Assembly (NCBI GenBank): GCA_043228905.1
Contig: JBHGNT010000010.1
Coordinates: 14,198,001-14,262,000, forward strand
Source of the DNA: Azolla caroliniana
Taxonomy: Eukaryota; Plantae; Polypodiophyta
DNA: 64,000 nt
Direction: 5' to 3'
Position 1 is the stretch's first letter, and every line of letters begins with the position of its first letter. Both the position numbers and the translations under genes were made by a program. This document shows, one piece after another, positions 10,216 to 23,064 of this stretch. A model generated the notes under the pieces. That model did no database searches. It was not told the origin of the DNA and saw only the letters and a list, made by a program, of their open reading frames with translations.

Positions 10216-10267
10216 AGGGGCCGAGAAGGGTTCGACGTACAAGGTACTGTCCCACGGGCGTGCCATG

Positions 10268-10686
10268 TGTTACCGGCCGGCAAGGAGTCCAAAATACGGA
10301 GTGAAGGAATTAATTAGATATGGTTGTAAATGAGCATAGTGTGGACGGACGGACTGGAAACGGTATGCCGTTCCAGATCCGGACGGATCCCGAATAGGTG
10401 CGAGAGGCACCGTTTTGTACTACGGGCCGGAAACCTATTTAAAGGCCCGGACCCCATTGTAATGACAGCGGATAATTAATAGAGCTTATGATGTTTATAC
10501 TTCTGTCTTGATTTCCGTTCTGTAATTACTGTTATATCTTACGCGTGTAATTAACCAAAGCATTCTAATCGTGTAACCTATGTAAGTCGATGTAATCGTT
10601 GAATCTTAATCCATAGCCGTAATCACCCTTTGGTGAAGTGTCTCCGTGACACCTTGTGTTAGGCCTTGTCCGGCTAGAGAATAACA
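10268..10686 (+). repeat. 3' LTR of the Athila-like element
   Basis: Direct repeat of 844-1262, followed by TSD CATCT. Confidence 0.95.
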
Positions 10687-13353
10687 CATCTGAGTGGACT
10701 ACGTCAAGGAGGCCTTTGCTTACATAACTCTCCTTTGGAAATGGGAGTCGATGTTGTTTGCCAAGTTTGCATGCTTTGCATACTTGGTCAACTCGTTTCG
10801 AGTCAAAAGTCGAGAGTCCGATAACTACTCCTTTCAACTGCATAGCTCAGAGCCGTTGGAGGTTGATTTGACCGATTCTATTGTGGCACAACTTGATGTT
10901 CGTCTCAGTTTTGAAACCTTTGGCATACATGGCCGATTTTACCTCTTCCGAATTGAGAATAAACATTCGTCATTCTCTCCATCCTCTGGCTATGAGTAGG
11001 TCATTCTTTTCTATGAAACAACCTTTGTGGTTGATGCGGACTTGCATGCCTTGCTCCACGATTTGGCCGACTGAGACCAAATTCTTTGTTATCATAGGAA
11101 CGTGGAAGACATTCTTAATGTAGTTATTGTCGCCCTTTCCGAGAGGGACGTTGCCGATATGCCGGATGGTGTGTGTAGTGTTGTCTCCCGTCTCCACGTA
11201 ACCGGGTTGATCGAGTGTGTGCAAGTCACTGAACCACTCTTCGTGGGATGTCATGTGATTTGAGGCGCTTGAGTCGACGAACCATAGTTCTTCTAATGGA
11301 GATGCGTTAACCGAACCGGATGTCGACATAGTGTTCGCTTTGTGCCTCATGATGAACATGCCTACGTAGTCATCGATTTCGGAGTTAGTGGCATAATTGA
11401 TGACTTCTTGACTTGTGGAAGCCGAACTCCTCTTCGTGGTGGCCGTTCTTACCACAATAAAAAAAGTAATGGGCCTAATTTGTTGACTATGTTTGGCATG
11501 AAAACGCCCCCTTCTTCCGAAAGTTCCTCGAGTATTTCCGTTTGCTTGCCGAAGGGTTGAGTTACTTTCATGATGCCAGCTGACTTGTCCTCCTCTGCCT
11601 TGGCTGAACCAATCTCTTCCGCCTTGACCACATCCTTGACCACCTTTCGAATTCGAAAAGAACATTTGCCCTTCTGATGTCTTGCTCTTTGTTCTCACAT
11701 GGTTCTCTTCGACCAATAACATAGATTGAAGGTCGAAGAATGAGGGAGGGTTCTCCCTCGCTAAGATTGTCGTCCTTATTGGGTCGAACTGTTGTGCGAG
11801 GCCACCCAAGCACACTTGCACCATCTCATCCTCTTCGATGTTTATGCTGATGGAGTCGAGTGAGTCACAAATATTGTTGATTTTGCTTGTGTAGTCCGAC
11901 ATAGTCATGTCTTTTTGTCGGTTGTGGGCGGTCGTGTTTGCAATGAAGATTCATCTTAAATTCTACCATGCTTCTTTAGGCGTCTTCGCATCACAAATGT
12001 GATATAGCATGTGATTGTGGATACATGTTGCCAAATAGTACATCACCTTACTCACCCCTTGCTCCCATGTTGGGTAGTTGGCATTTGTGATCTCGGGTTT
12101 GTTTTCGAGCGCACTGTCGATAAAGCTTCAATACCCTTGACTGACTAGGTATTGGTTCATCTTGTACTCCCAAGATGAGAAATTACTCCAATCTAGCTTT
12201 TCGTTAGGGAGCAACCTGCCCATTTGTAATACGATGCGTAACCTAGTGCGTAGACTGGGTGCGTAAATCGGTACGCATAACATGGCCGCATTAGTGCATA
12301 AACCGAAAGGCTGTTAGAGAGTATTCCTCGTAAGGAATAATTTTGGGAGTAATTGTCGAGGCTCATTTATGAGCAGTCAAGTACTGTCAATACTTGTTTC
12401 AGCCCCATTGTCAGGGCTTGTATAAAAGGTGCTCACTGAGCACAGTGTATGTACAGATTGAGTATTATTTTGAATTGAGTATTTTCTGTGTGTTCTCTCT
12501 CTATGTCTCTCCCGCGTACTATGTATATTCAAGCTCTCCATTAAACGTGTGTATTTTTTGTGTTCGGTTTTCTATTGCTTCCGCACATAATCTTTTTCAT
12601 GGTATCAGAGTGCGAGGGTTGAGAACCTCTACAACTGACATAGCTTGAAAAGAAAACTAACCAAGAAGAACAGGAAAATAAAATAAAATGGATAGAGGCA
12701 TGGCTAGCTCGCTTCCTACTGAGAAGCTCGACAGAAACAACTACGCGTCTTGGTCCTACAAGATGCACCAGTACCTGCTCGGGCACGGTTACTGGAGCTA
12801 TGTCGACGGAGCAAATGACACAACACCCGAATCGACACACAGAGATTTCCCGGCGTGGGAACAATTGGCGAGCAGAGCACTGTATTGCTTCGTGTCTTGT
12901 GTGGGCGAACAACTCCTAAGTTACATTCGGGATGCAAAAACGCCGAAAGATGCTTGGGGAAATCTGAAGAAGATTTTCGCCACAAGCACTACAGCCAGAA
13001 AGCATCAACTCCGACAGGAGGTGAGCAACCTATGACAACGCGATTTGTCGATGGCTGATTACACCTCGAAGATCTAAGATATATGCGACTCCTTAGCCTC
13101 CATCGATGTGAATGTTGAGGAAGGCGAGATGGTGCAGATCTATCTCGGGGGACTGGTGAAGTTCCCCTGAGCCATGTCAGGCAGAAAGGGAAACTCATGA
13201 ACGTGTTACACATCCCGACAATCACAAAGAATCTGGTGTCGGTCGGGCAGATCGTCGACCAGGGGATGCAAGTCCGGTTCACGCATCTCGGGTGCTTCAT
13301 CGAGGAAGAAGGCCGAGTTATTGCGCAAGGGTGCGGAGACGGGTCCATGTTTA

Positions 13354-14358
13354 TGTTGGGAGATAGGTCCCTCCGGATGGGAAGGGAGAAGAACAGTGCC
13401 GATGAACAAACTCGGCCGAGGCCGAAACCGTATGAGGTGGTCCCGGCTATGGAGAGCCGGATGATGCAGACCCGGTGAAGACCGGATGAGGAGTACCCGG
13501 CTACAGAGAGCCGGATGGTACAGACCCGGTATGAACCGGATGAGGAGTACCCGGCTACGGAGAGTCGGATGATGCAGACCCGGTATGAACCGGATGAGGA
13601 GTACCCGGCTACGGAGGGTCGGATGGCGCAGACCCGATATGAACCGGATGAGGAGTACCCGGCTACGGAGAACCGGATGAAGCAAACTCGGTGAAGACCG
13701 GATGAGGAGTACCCGGCTACGGAGAGCCGGATGGTACAGACCCGGTATGAACCGGATGAGGAGTACCCGACTACGGAGAGCCGGATGATGCAGACCCGGT
13801 ATGGACCGGATGAGGAGTACCCGGCTACGGAGGGCTGGATGGCGCAGACCCGGTATGAACCGGATGAGGAGTACCCGGCTACGGAGAACCGGATGAAGAG
13901 ACATATTCGTAAATATGTTTTCTGATAGTCCATCGAGGCTATATTTGTAAATAGCCGAAAAGTCATATTAGTATAAATATGACTTAGGGCAAACTAGTTG
14001 TTGTGGTTGTTGTCATTTTCTTGTTGGTGCAAGAAGAAGAGAGAGCACGTAACAGTGTACAGAGAGAGAGAGAGAGAAAGAGGTCGCTGCCTCTGTTGTA
14101 ACCGCCGCTTGTGGCGAAGATCGTGAGTCCGAGGTCGTTGCCTCCGTGAACTCACTGTTTTGTACATTCTTACATAGTGACAATTTGCAGCCTGTGGGCT
14201 GCCGTGGTCTTTTCCCCTAGTTTGGGGTTTTTCCACGTAAACCTCCTGTGTACCTTTTCTCTCCTTTGTGTCGCGTGTTTTTTCGTTTCCTGTTTGTGTA
14301 TGAAAAGAATCTCGGTTGTGGCCGAGTGTCGTGGATAAGGAGCGTTGAGTTCCCGTCA
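13354..14358 (+). repeat. Solo LTR of Copia family E inserted in B1
   Basis: TGTTGG..CGTCA termini, TSD GTTTA, and homology to the LTR at 59722-60453. Confidence 0.93.
13427..13897 (+). repeat. 54-bp tandem array (about 8.5 units) in LTR U3
   Basis: Unit GAACCGGATGAGGAGTACCCGGCTACGGAGAGCCGGATGATGCAGACCCGGTAT. Confidence 0.95.
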
Positions 14359-17300
14359 GTTTATCCTCGACTCTAGTGACGGTGGCACCGCAATGTTTGT
14401 GAAAGGACAAAAAGTTGAGTCGGATATCGACTTATAGCATAACCGGATAGGCCACGTCAACTATCAACGGCTTCAGGACCTGCAATTGAAACATGTGGTG
14501 TTCGGAATACCCAAATTTAGTGGCCGGAAGGTGCAAATTGTTGAAGCTTGGCAGCTAGGGAAGCAACACCGACTTCCTTTCCCTAACGAGCATAACTCGA
14601 GCCGGAACAAGCTCGATTTGATACATTCCGATGTATGGGGGCCGGCACAGAACGTTAGTCTTGGTGGGAGTCGATATTTTGTCTCCTTCATCGATGACTA
14701 TACGCGGCACACGTGGATCTACCTCATTGAGAAGAAGAGTGACATCTTCGACTGTTTCCGGGACGTCAAGAGTTTCGTCGAACGGGAAACAGGAAGAAAG
14801 ATCAAGTGCATGCGGTCGGATGGTGGAAAAGAGTACTTTTCCGGTCAATTCAACGGCTATCTGCAACAGATGGGAATTTAGCGCGAATTCAGTTGTAGAT
14901 ACACGTTGGAGCAAAACGGCGTGGCCGAGAGGAAGAACCGGTCAATTGTAGAAGCGGCACGGGCAATGCTGGAGGAAAACAGTTTGCCCAGGTTCTATTG
15001 GGCCGAGGTGGTACGAATCGCGATGTACATGAAGAATCGGATCGGAGATAAAGTGTCGGCTCATGAGCTGTATTTCGGAAGAAAGCCGAATCTGCGACAC
15101 TTGAGAGTTTTCGGTAGCATTGCGTATCTGCACGTGCCGAAGGAGAAACGGAGGAAGTTGGACGTGAAAGCCGAGAAGTGTATCTTGGTTGGCTATTCGG
15201 ATGAGCAGAAGGGTTATATGTGTTATAACCCACACACCAAACAAGCGCGCGTGAGCCGCGACGTTGTGTTTGACGAGTCCGCGTCCTGGTACTTGCCTTC
15301 GACTCCGGACCTCACCTCCAATCCGAGTTCTGACCATGAGGACAGCGAAGCCGAGATGCCTACGATGAGCCTGAAATCGGGACCCGCGAAGAGAGTCTGA
15401 TTTCGTTTAAGTTAAGCGGCCTGAATGGACGATTGAGTCGGTTCGACCAGTCCGATGAAGAGCCGACGAGTAGTGGAGACTCGGCCGTGCATTCTCCGCG
15501 CAGGAAGCTGAGCGGATGGCTTACGCGCAAGGAAAAAGGGAAGAACAAGGTGTCGGATTATGGCACAGATAGGAACGAGTCAGATCAACGCAAGTCCGAC
15601 TCCGAGGGAAGTTATGACGGGCCTTCGAGAAAGAAGTCTGCGTCGGCCAAGAAAGCCTCAACATTGGCTAATGAGCAATTACGCCGATCTACCCGCCAAA
15701 AAAACCCAGTTGTGCAGTTTGGATATAATGAGTACATGGCGCATCACTATGTGTACATGTCCCGGGTAGCGGAAGTGCGTGAGCCGAAGAGCTACGCAGA
15801 AGCAGCGAAGGACGCGAATTGGCGTGCCGCAATGGAGGAAGAGATGCGCGCATTGGCAGAGAATGAAACTTAGGATCTGGTTGACGCACCGAAGGGTGTG
15901 AAGTTGATCGGATGTAGGTGGGTGTACAATGTCAAGTACAACACCGATGGTTTGGTCAACCGATACAAGGCCCGGTTAGTAGTGAAAGGCTATGCGCAGC
16001 AACACGACATCGACTACGACGAGACCTTCGCGCTTGTCGCGAAGATGATGACTGCATGTGTTTTGCTCACAGTAGCTGCGGCAAAGGGGTGGTAGTTACA
16101 TCAGATGGATGTAAAGAATGTGTTCCTGCAGGTGAGCTTGAGGAATAGGTCTACATGGTATAGGCCCCTAGATTTCACTCTGGAACGAACACTTCGGTGG
16201 TGTGCCGATTGAAGAAGTCCCATTACGAACTAAAGCAAGCCCCACGTGCTTGGAACGCGAAGATAATGCAACAATTGCGTCGGTTGGGCTTTGCGACGTA
16301 AAAATTGGACTCCTCACTGTTCATCCAGAAAGGTCGGCTCGGGCCGATTAGCATTTTACTTTATGTTGATGACTTGGTCATCACCAGCGCCGACCTAAAT
16401 GAGATCGACCGCGTGAAGCTCCAGCTTGCGGCATGATTCGACATGAAGGATCTGGGGGACCTTCATTACTTCCTCGAGATCGAAGTGATCCGTACCCCCG
16501 AAGGCATACTGATCAGCCAACGGCATTACATGTTGAGTATGCTCTTCAAATTCGGGATGGCCGACTGTAAGTCCGTCAAGCTTCGCCCCGATTCCGGAAA
16601 GGTATGCGACCCGGCGAGGTTCCGACAGATAGTCGGAAGCCTTATATACTTGACCATCACCCGACCAGATCTCAGCTACCTGGTCGGGGTGATTAGCCAA
16701 GTCATGGAGCTGCCTACCTAGGAGCACCTTCAGTGTGCGCAACACGAACTGCGGTACGTAAGCGGCACTAAGGACCGGGGGCTCCTATATCTGACTGGTA
16801 CAGCCCCGCAGTTGATCGGCTCCATCGATGCCGATTGGGCCGGCAACGTCGCCGATTGCCGATCCACGTCCGGCTTCATGTTCTATTTTGGGAGTGCTGC
16901 GATCGCATGGAGTAGCAAGAAGCAACCGACAGTTGCGTTGTCGAGCACCGAAGCCGAGTATAGAGGAGCGGTTGTCGTCACATGCAAAGCCATATGGTTG
17001 AAGCGGCTACTTAAGGATCTACAGGTGGAGGTACCCGATCCAACGATAATCTACTGTGACAATCTCAGTAGCATCCAGCTAGCTAAGAACCCCGTCTTCC
17101 ACGCCCAGACTAAGCACATTGAGGTGCACTACCATTTCGTTCGTGAGTGTGTCCTCTCCGGTGAAGTTGAACTTCAGTATGTTTCGACGGATCGACAGAC
17201 CGCCAACATCTTTACCAAGCCTCTTGGTCTAGACAAGTTGCGGCAATTCTCTGGTGCGCACGTGCCGAACTTGAGGGGGAGAGACGTCCTGAATGACCAC

Positions 17301-17742
17301 GGAAGGGGGAGAGAGGTACTGGAAGACCGTGATGCCGAGTCAGATGAGGAATTTGATTTCGGATTGGCTGAAGAAGCCGAGGGCGGATCCACGGAAGATT
17401 CCGAAAGCGGACATAAGGGGAGTACTTGAAAGAAAGAGCCGAAGCCAACCAAGCGAGGGGGAGACGAAGCCATCAAGGGTGGGAAGACAGAAGATGAGTT
17501 GGAGACAACCAACTCAAACGAGAGCGAAAACCGATCGGAGGAAGCTAAGGCAGTAGAAGAGGTGCCAACACCGCAACAACAAGGAAGCTGAGAAGGGCTT
17601 TGTAAGCAGACAAGCCGACCGTAAGAGTCGAGGCACGCAGAATCAAACGGGTCAAGGAGCGCGAGTGAGGCGTGAAGCCAGAAGGAACCGGAGCGTAGAT
17701 CCGGCGGAGCAGGTGGAACCTCAAGTTGAGCTTGAGGGGGAG

Positions 17743-18145
17743 TGTTGAGAGACAAGCTCAACATTCGTGCATAATACGATGCGTAACCTAGTGCGTAGAT
17801 TGGGTGCGTAAATCAATACGCATAACATGGCCGTATCGGTGCGTAAACCGAAAGGCCGTTAGAGAGATATTCCTTGTAAGGTATAATTTTGGGAGTAAGT
17901 GTCGAGGCTCATTTATGAGCAGTCAAGTATTGTCAGTACTTGTGTTAGCCCCATTGTCAGGGCTTGTATAAAAGGTGCTCACTAAGCACGGTGTATGTAC
18001 AGATTGAGTATTATTTTGAATTGAGTATTTTTTGTGTGTTCTCTCTCTATGTCTCTCCCACGTACTGTGTATATTCAAGCTCTCCATTAAACCTGCGTAT
18101 TTTCTGTGTTCGGTTTTCTATTGCTTCCGCACATAATCTTTTTCA
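17743..18145 (+). repeat. 3' LTR of Copia B1
   Basis: TGTTGA..TTTCA termini, follows the PPT and matches 12227-12599. Confidence 0.92.
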
Positions 18146-18162
18146 ATAATTATATGGTCAGG

Positions 18163-18623
18163 TGTTAGAGGTAGATCGTAATGTAAGCATATGATAAGGA
18201 TATAATAGATAGATAGAAAAGAAAGGAGAGGGAGAGAAAGAAGGGTGACGATCCACCGGAGCCCCCCTGAGCGAAAGGATCGAGATGAACTCGAGCCTCG
18301 ATTGATGTCCCATACCACCATTGTGGTGTTGAGTCGTACCTGGTACTGGCGTGCTCGCAACAAGAGTTTAATCACCATGAGGATAAAGTCTCGACATAAT
18401 TGATAATGTGTCAAATGAGGGTAGTTAGGCCTCATATTTATAGCTAGACCTAAGGCTCCCAAGCAAACTCACACTTGGCCTTAATGGGTTGCCTCAATCC
18501 TAAGGATTAAAAGTAATCCTTACCTTCTTTACACTCTCATTTAACCCTCACACTTTATCCACGTGTATAGAATACTACGGTACAATCTTACCATGGGATA
18601 ATTATATGGTCATGCTGGTAACA
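18163..18623 (-). repeat. Probable isolated LTR interrupting the LINE
   Basis: TGTTA..TAACA termini and minus-strand TATAAATATGAGGC shared with the element D LTR. The LINE RT stops at 18624. No TSD is recognisable. Confidence 0.6.
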
Positions 18624-20480
18624 TAAGTTGAGTATTAAAGACCAACTTACATGATCATATGCCTTCTCGATATCTAGTTGTATCATTACAATTTGTTGTT
18701 TGGATTCCTTTGCATAATCCATTGCCATTTGCACATTCAAAATGTTATGTAGGATATTTCTTCCCTTAATAAACCCATATTGCATTGGATGGACCAGAGA
18801 CAACAATCCTTTTTGAAGTTTATTTGCAATTACTTTGGCAAAAATCTCATACAACCCACCCATTAATGATATTGGTCTCCATTGAGCAAAAGACATAGGA
18901 GATGCAACTTTTGGTATAAGTTTAACAAGACCAAATTTCCATGAATCAGGCATTTCACTAGAACTCCACACTTCTTGGAATAACATTGTTAGAGGTCCTT
19001 TGAGTTGTTGTACAAAGGCTTTAAAAAACTCATTCGTAATGTCATCCCAACCTGGACTTTTATCAACTGAAAGATGTGACAATACACATTCCACCACCTC
19101 CTCCTTTATATCCTCCTCCAAGGCAAGCATGACATGTTGCCCACCAATCGCCGTGATTGAGTTAAATAACATTGATTGCACTTGTGTTATGTCATCATTT
19201 AGATTACCTTCTTCCCCAAATAGATTCATGAAATGTTTAACACAATCATCAATAATAACTTGTGGGTTTATATTCAAAGTTCCATCAATCTCTACACATA
19301 CCGCATTCATTCTAGCATGAGATGCATACAACCCATGGTAAAACTTATGTGAATGGCAGTTGTGATCATGTACTTCATTTTTCATTGCCATCACCCGTGA
19401 TTATTGATAACCACGAACCTCTAACACTTGTAAGGCTTGTGACATTGTCTCTTGAATATCCAACAACACATCATCAAATGGACTTTTTACCAACAATGCA
19501 TTACATCTGTCTAGAAATTGTTGGATTAAACTCATCTTTTGTTTAAGGATGGATGCTTGATAAATTCCATAATATCGTGTAAAGCATTGAATATTAGAAA
19601 GACAAATATCCTGGGCATGAAGAAACATCGTGGACATTGACTTGTCTAGTAAACTCCCCCACCAATTGCTCCATAGCATGTTTAAAGTTATTATCTCCAA
19701 GAAAAGATGACTTAAACCACAACAATTGTTTTTCCAATAAAGATCTAAAATCATCCATAGTTTGATGTGTGCATTCCAAAAAAACTGGGAAATGATTTGA
19801 TGATCCAATCCCTCTATGCACTTGCATAGTCATAGGCATTGACAAGAATGTCTCATCATGCATAATGTAAATGTGATCCAATCTACTCCAAGTTGATCTA
19901 TATTGTGCAAATTGAAACTTATAACCAACATCATGTCCATTGATCCAAGTCCATGCATCATACCTTAAGCCCTCCATCATAAACAAATCCCATGCCTCTC
20001 ATTCGGGAGCATCCATCAGGCCATGCATCGAAGGAGATTGACCCGCCTCAGAACACATATTAAAATCACCTAACAAAAAACCTGACCTTCCATGATGTAA
20101 AACTCGATGTAAACCTCTCCAAAGATCCGTATGTTTCCCTACAACATTCGCAACATAAATACTAACCACCCAAATCTTTTTCCCTTCATAATTAACTTCA
20201 ACCATCAAGAACTGACAATTAACATCTCTTTGAACCACTGGTGGATGCAAGCTATCCCTTACAATAACCATTATGCTTGAATAAAGCTTTCCAGTGACCC
20301 CAACATAAAAAACATGATATTGCCTATGCTGAAGAGAAGACCCAGACTTAGGATGCTCCTTATGTTCTGTTACACATAATATATCACACTGACTATTAAA
20401 AATACTTTTCCACATACCATACCACTTAGATGGAGAACAAATTCCCTTACATTCCATGTGACTATCTTCATCACTCAGTA
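18624..20480 (-). mobile_element. Degenerate L1-type LINE ORF2 (APE endonuclease and RT N-half)
   Basis: DILCVTEHK, GDFN, SRLDHIY, SNHFPV, then KSPGWDDITNEFFK, LIPK, WRPISL, QYGFIKGR and LDIEKAYDHVSW. Confidence 0.9.
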
Positions 20481-21930
20481 ATTATGCTGCTTCTTGGCCT
20501 GTTCACGTTCCCGTTGTGCCAACATCTTTGGTATATCCTCGAAATTCGGAAGGTCGATCGGGTCGGGTCAAACAATGCGAGTCAACATCAAGTACAAGAC
20601 TTTGGACCGGAATGTGAGGCGAGTAGCGACACTCTTACTAGAGGAAAACTAGGAGTGGATGACGGGGGTCACGACCGACTCGAGTTTATGAGATCGGGCA
20701 TGCATAGGTTACCGGTTCACCGACGAGACACTGCAGAAGCTGAAGATCGGTGGGGGTGGCTTTCTACTACCGGCGGAGGAGGACCGGTTTTGAAGAATGC
20801 CCGAAAGGCATGGGAAAGCCTTTCCATTCTCGCTGGAGGAGATCGGGTGCATCGATCCGACCATCATCGAACCGATGGTGATATTCACGGTGCCACATGT
20901 ACCGTGGAACCTGAAACCAATTTCGGTACCGAGAGCTCACATCATGAAGTTGATGGAGCTGCTCAAGGAGAAAGTCGATATGGGAATCCTTGAGCCGTCG
21001 AGTGCCCCTTACTCGAACTAGTGGTTCAATGTGCCAAAGAAGAACGACACACTGCACTTCATTCAGGACCTGTAGCTGGTCAATAAGGTGACCATTCAAA
21101 ATGTAGGAGTCGGCCCAACAATCGACAAGTTCGTGGAGGCCTTCACCGGAAGGTCTATGTACTCAGTTGGTGACTTATACTCTGGGTACAACCAGTTCCA
21201 ACTAGCTATTGAAAGCAGGGACATTACGACGATGCGGACCCCTCTCGGCTTAGTTTGGACCACTCTTAGGGAGGTACCAACTCGGTGTCGCACATGGTGA
21301 ATGCGATGAACAAGGTGCTGAGCGACTGCATCCCGGACATCACCATGCTGTTTCTAGACGAGATCCTGATCAAGGGATGTCCGAAGGACGCAAAGGATGA
21401 ATTGGTTGGAGCGAACGGATGTCGGAAATTCGTTGTGGAACATATCTCTGATTGCGAGAAGATACTGTACAGGCTTGAGGGCGCTCAACTTACTTTCTCC
21501 GAAGAGAAATTGGTGTTTGGACAATCAGAGATCTTGGTAGTCGTTCACCTATGTAGATCTTACGGGCGGAAATACATCTCCAGCCAATGGTAGAGGCCAT
21601 CTTGGCGATGAAGTTTGACGGTTCCTTGGAGCGTGCACCTTCTACTGCATCTGGATCACCCATTATGCACATATCTCCGAGCCACTCTTTGGCTTGCTAA
21701 ACAAAGGGCGAAAATTCGAATGGGGCGAAGAGCATTCGGAGGCGGTTTACAGACTAAAGGGGATGCTAACGGTGAGACTGGCTCTTCGGAAAGTAGCATA
21801 TAAGATGGACACTCTGATTTATGTTACAGTTGACACGAGTCTGACCAGAATCGGCTGGGTGATCAACCAGGAGGACAACGCTGGAACGTGGTTCGCCATC
21901 CAATTTAGAGCGAAGGTACTTAGTGAGCGG

Positions 21931-23064
21931 TGTCGTGAAGTACGAAAGCTTCACATTAAAAGTCTACAATAAGATAAATACGTAACTAAAATAACATTTG
22001 ATAATGTTTTATATATAAAGATAATATTAACAACACATGATAATATTATATATATGTAAAGAAAAATTATATATATATATATAGATAAATATATTATTAC
22101 ACGAACAAGAGAGGACTTGAACCAATAACCCCACCCTATGACTCTCAAATCTTACCATTTACTCTATATTAGTAATATACATAAAATAAAGCATACTTTA
22201 TATTTACTTTATATTACATAAAGGATTTGCTTCATGATATAAAAATAAAGTCATATGTTGTATTCAATAGTATTTTGAGACTCGAACCCATAACCTCATA
22301 CACCAAAGTCAACACACCTACCATTAGGCAAGGCCCTTTCTCTTTAAGATTATATTTTCATGTTTATTGTTATTGCATATATTGTTTCATACATAAAAGC
22401 TCAAATGAGCGAGATGTTTATTATGCATCACATGTAATGCATGAACGCCAAATGGCGATCATGCATCACATGCATTTCATGCACTACATGCATGACTTGT
22501 ACCCTCCAATGCATCATATGCATGAGGGCACCTATTTAAATGGTGAAAGAGAAGATCAAAGAGATATGTATGAGATATCAATCAAATTATGTTTTACATA
22601 AGAGATACCATAAAAATAGAGAAAGAAGGGAAGAAGTTTAACATAAACGTGGAGCTCTAGCTTGGCAGTCGTGGTGGTCAACTCTCAACAAGAGGGAGGC
22701 GGTTCGAGCCTTATCTTCATCAAAATATTGAAGTGAAGATTGTAGTGGTCTACGATCAAGAAAGAGAAGAGCGATTACCTTGCAAGACAAAGTTTGGAGG
22801 TTCAACGACGTGCACAATTATTTTGTAACTCTTTCATGAAAATGATTATAAATTTCATACACTTTCTCATATATTATTTTATATCTTATCTTGTCTTATC
22901 TTATATTCCTTAAAAATCCTATTTTTTCATATCTTATTGATCTCTATTCACTCTATCTCTACTCTTTCGTCTCTTCCGTCCATAATCCCTGTGATTCCTT
23001 CCTCACTTTCACGTTATCCTTTGTGTGTGCAACGCTACACTTCTAGGCGAGCCACGTCACGACA
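21931..23064 (+). repeat. AT-rich solo LTR with family C-type ends and tRNA-like modules
   Basis: TGTCGTGA..TCACGACA termini and 4-bp TSD GCGG/ACGG. The host RNase H sequence resumes after it. CTATTTAAA lies at about 22532. Confidence 0.8.

Larger units (their letters stand above)
844..10686 (+). mobile_element. Full-length young non-chromovirus Gypsy (Athila-like) with an extra 3' ORF
   Basis: 419-bp LTRs (TGTTA..TAACA) with about 2 differences, 5-bp TSD CATCT (839-843 and 10687-10691), PBS, and gag-PR-RT-RH-INT order with no extra RNase H or chromodomain. Confidence 0.95.
685..12223 (-). mobile_element. Degenerate Copia element A1 (gag, protease, GAG-pre-integrase, integrase N-part), split by the Gypsy at 844-10686
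   Basis: Gag start MGRLLPNEKLD at 12223, protease WFVDSSASNHMT, CKACKLGKQHRLPF, and HSD|V..YTWIFPMKKK which is continuous across TSD CATCT. Confidence 0.85.
12227..18145 (+). mobile_element. Degenerate Copia element B1
   Basis: 5' LTR 12227-12599 (5'-truncated), PBS TGGTATCAGAG at 12600, gag at 12688, INT (HSDVWGP, QNGVAER), RT (YKARLV), RH (DADWAG..KHIEV), PPT GAGGGGGAG and 3' LTR 17743-18145. It has many stops and a gag/PR deletion near 13155. Confidence 0.92.

Noticed and set aside
13427-13897. CRISPR array
   Set aside because: The units are contiguous with no unique spacers, lie inside an LTR, and no cas genes are present.
12989-13966. 325-aa and 232-aa antisense repeat proteins
   Set aside because: They are open only because the stop-free unit is a multiple of 3, and they cross insertion boundaries.
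22276-22336. Functional tRNA gene
   Set aside because: The acceptor and anticodon stems do not pair properly, so it is reported only as a tRNA-like module.
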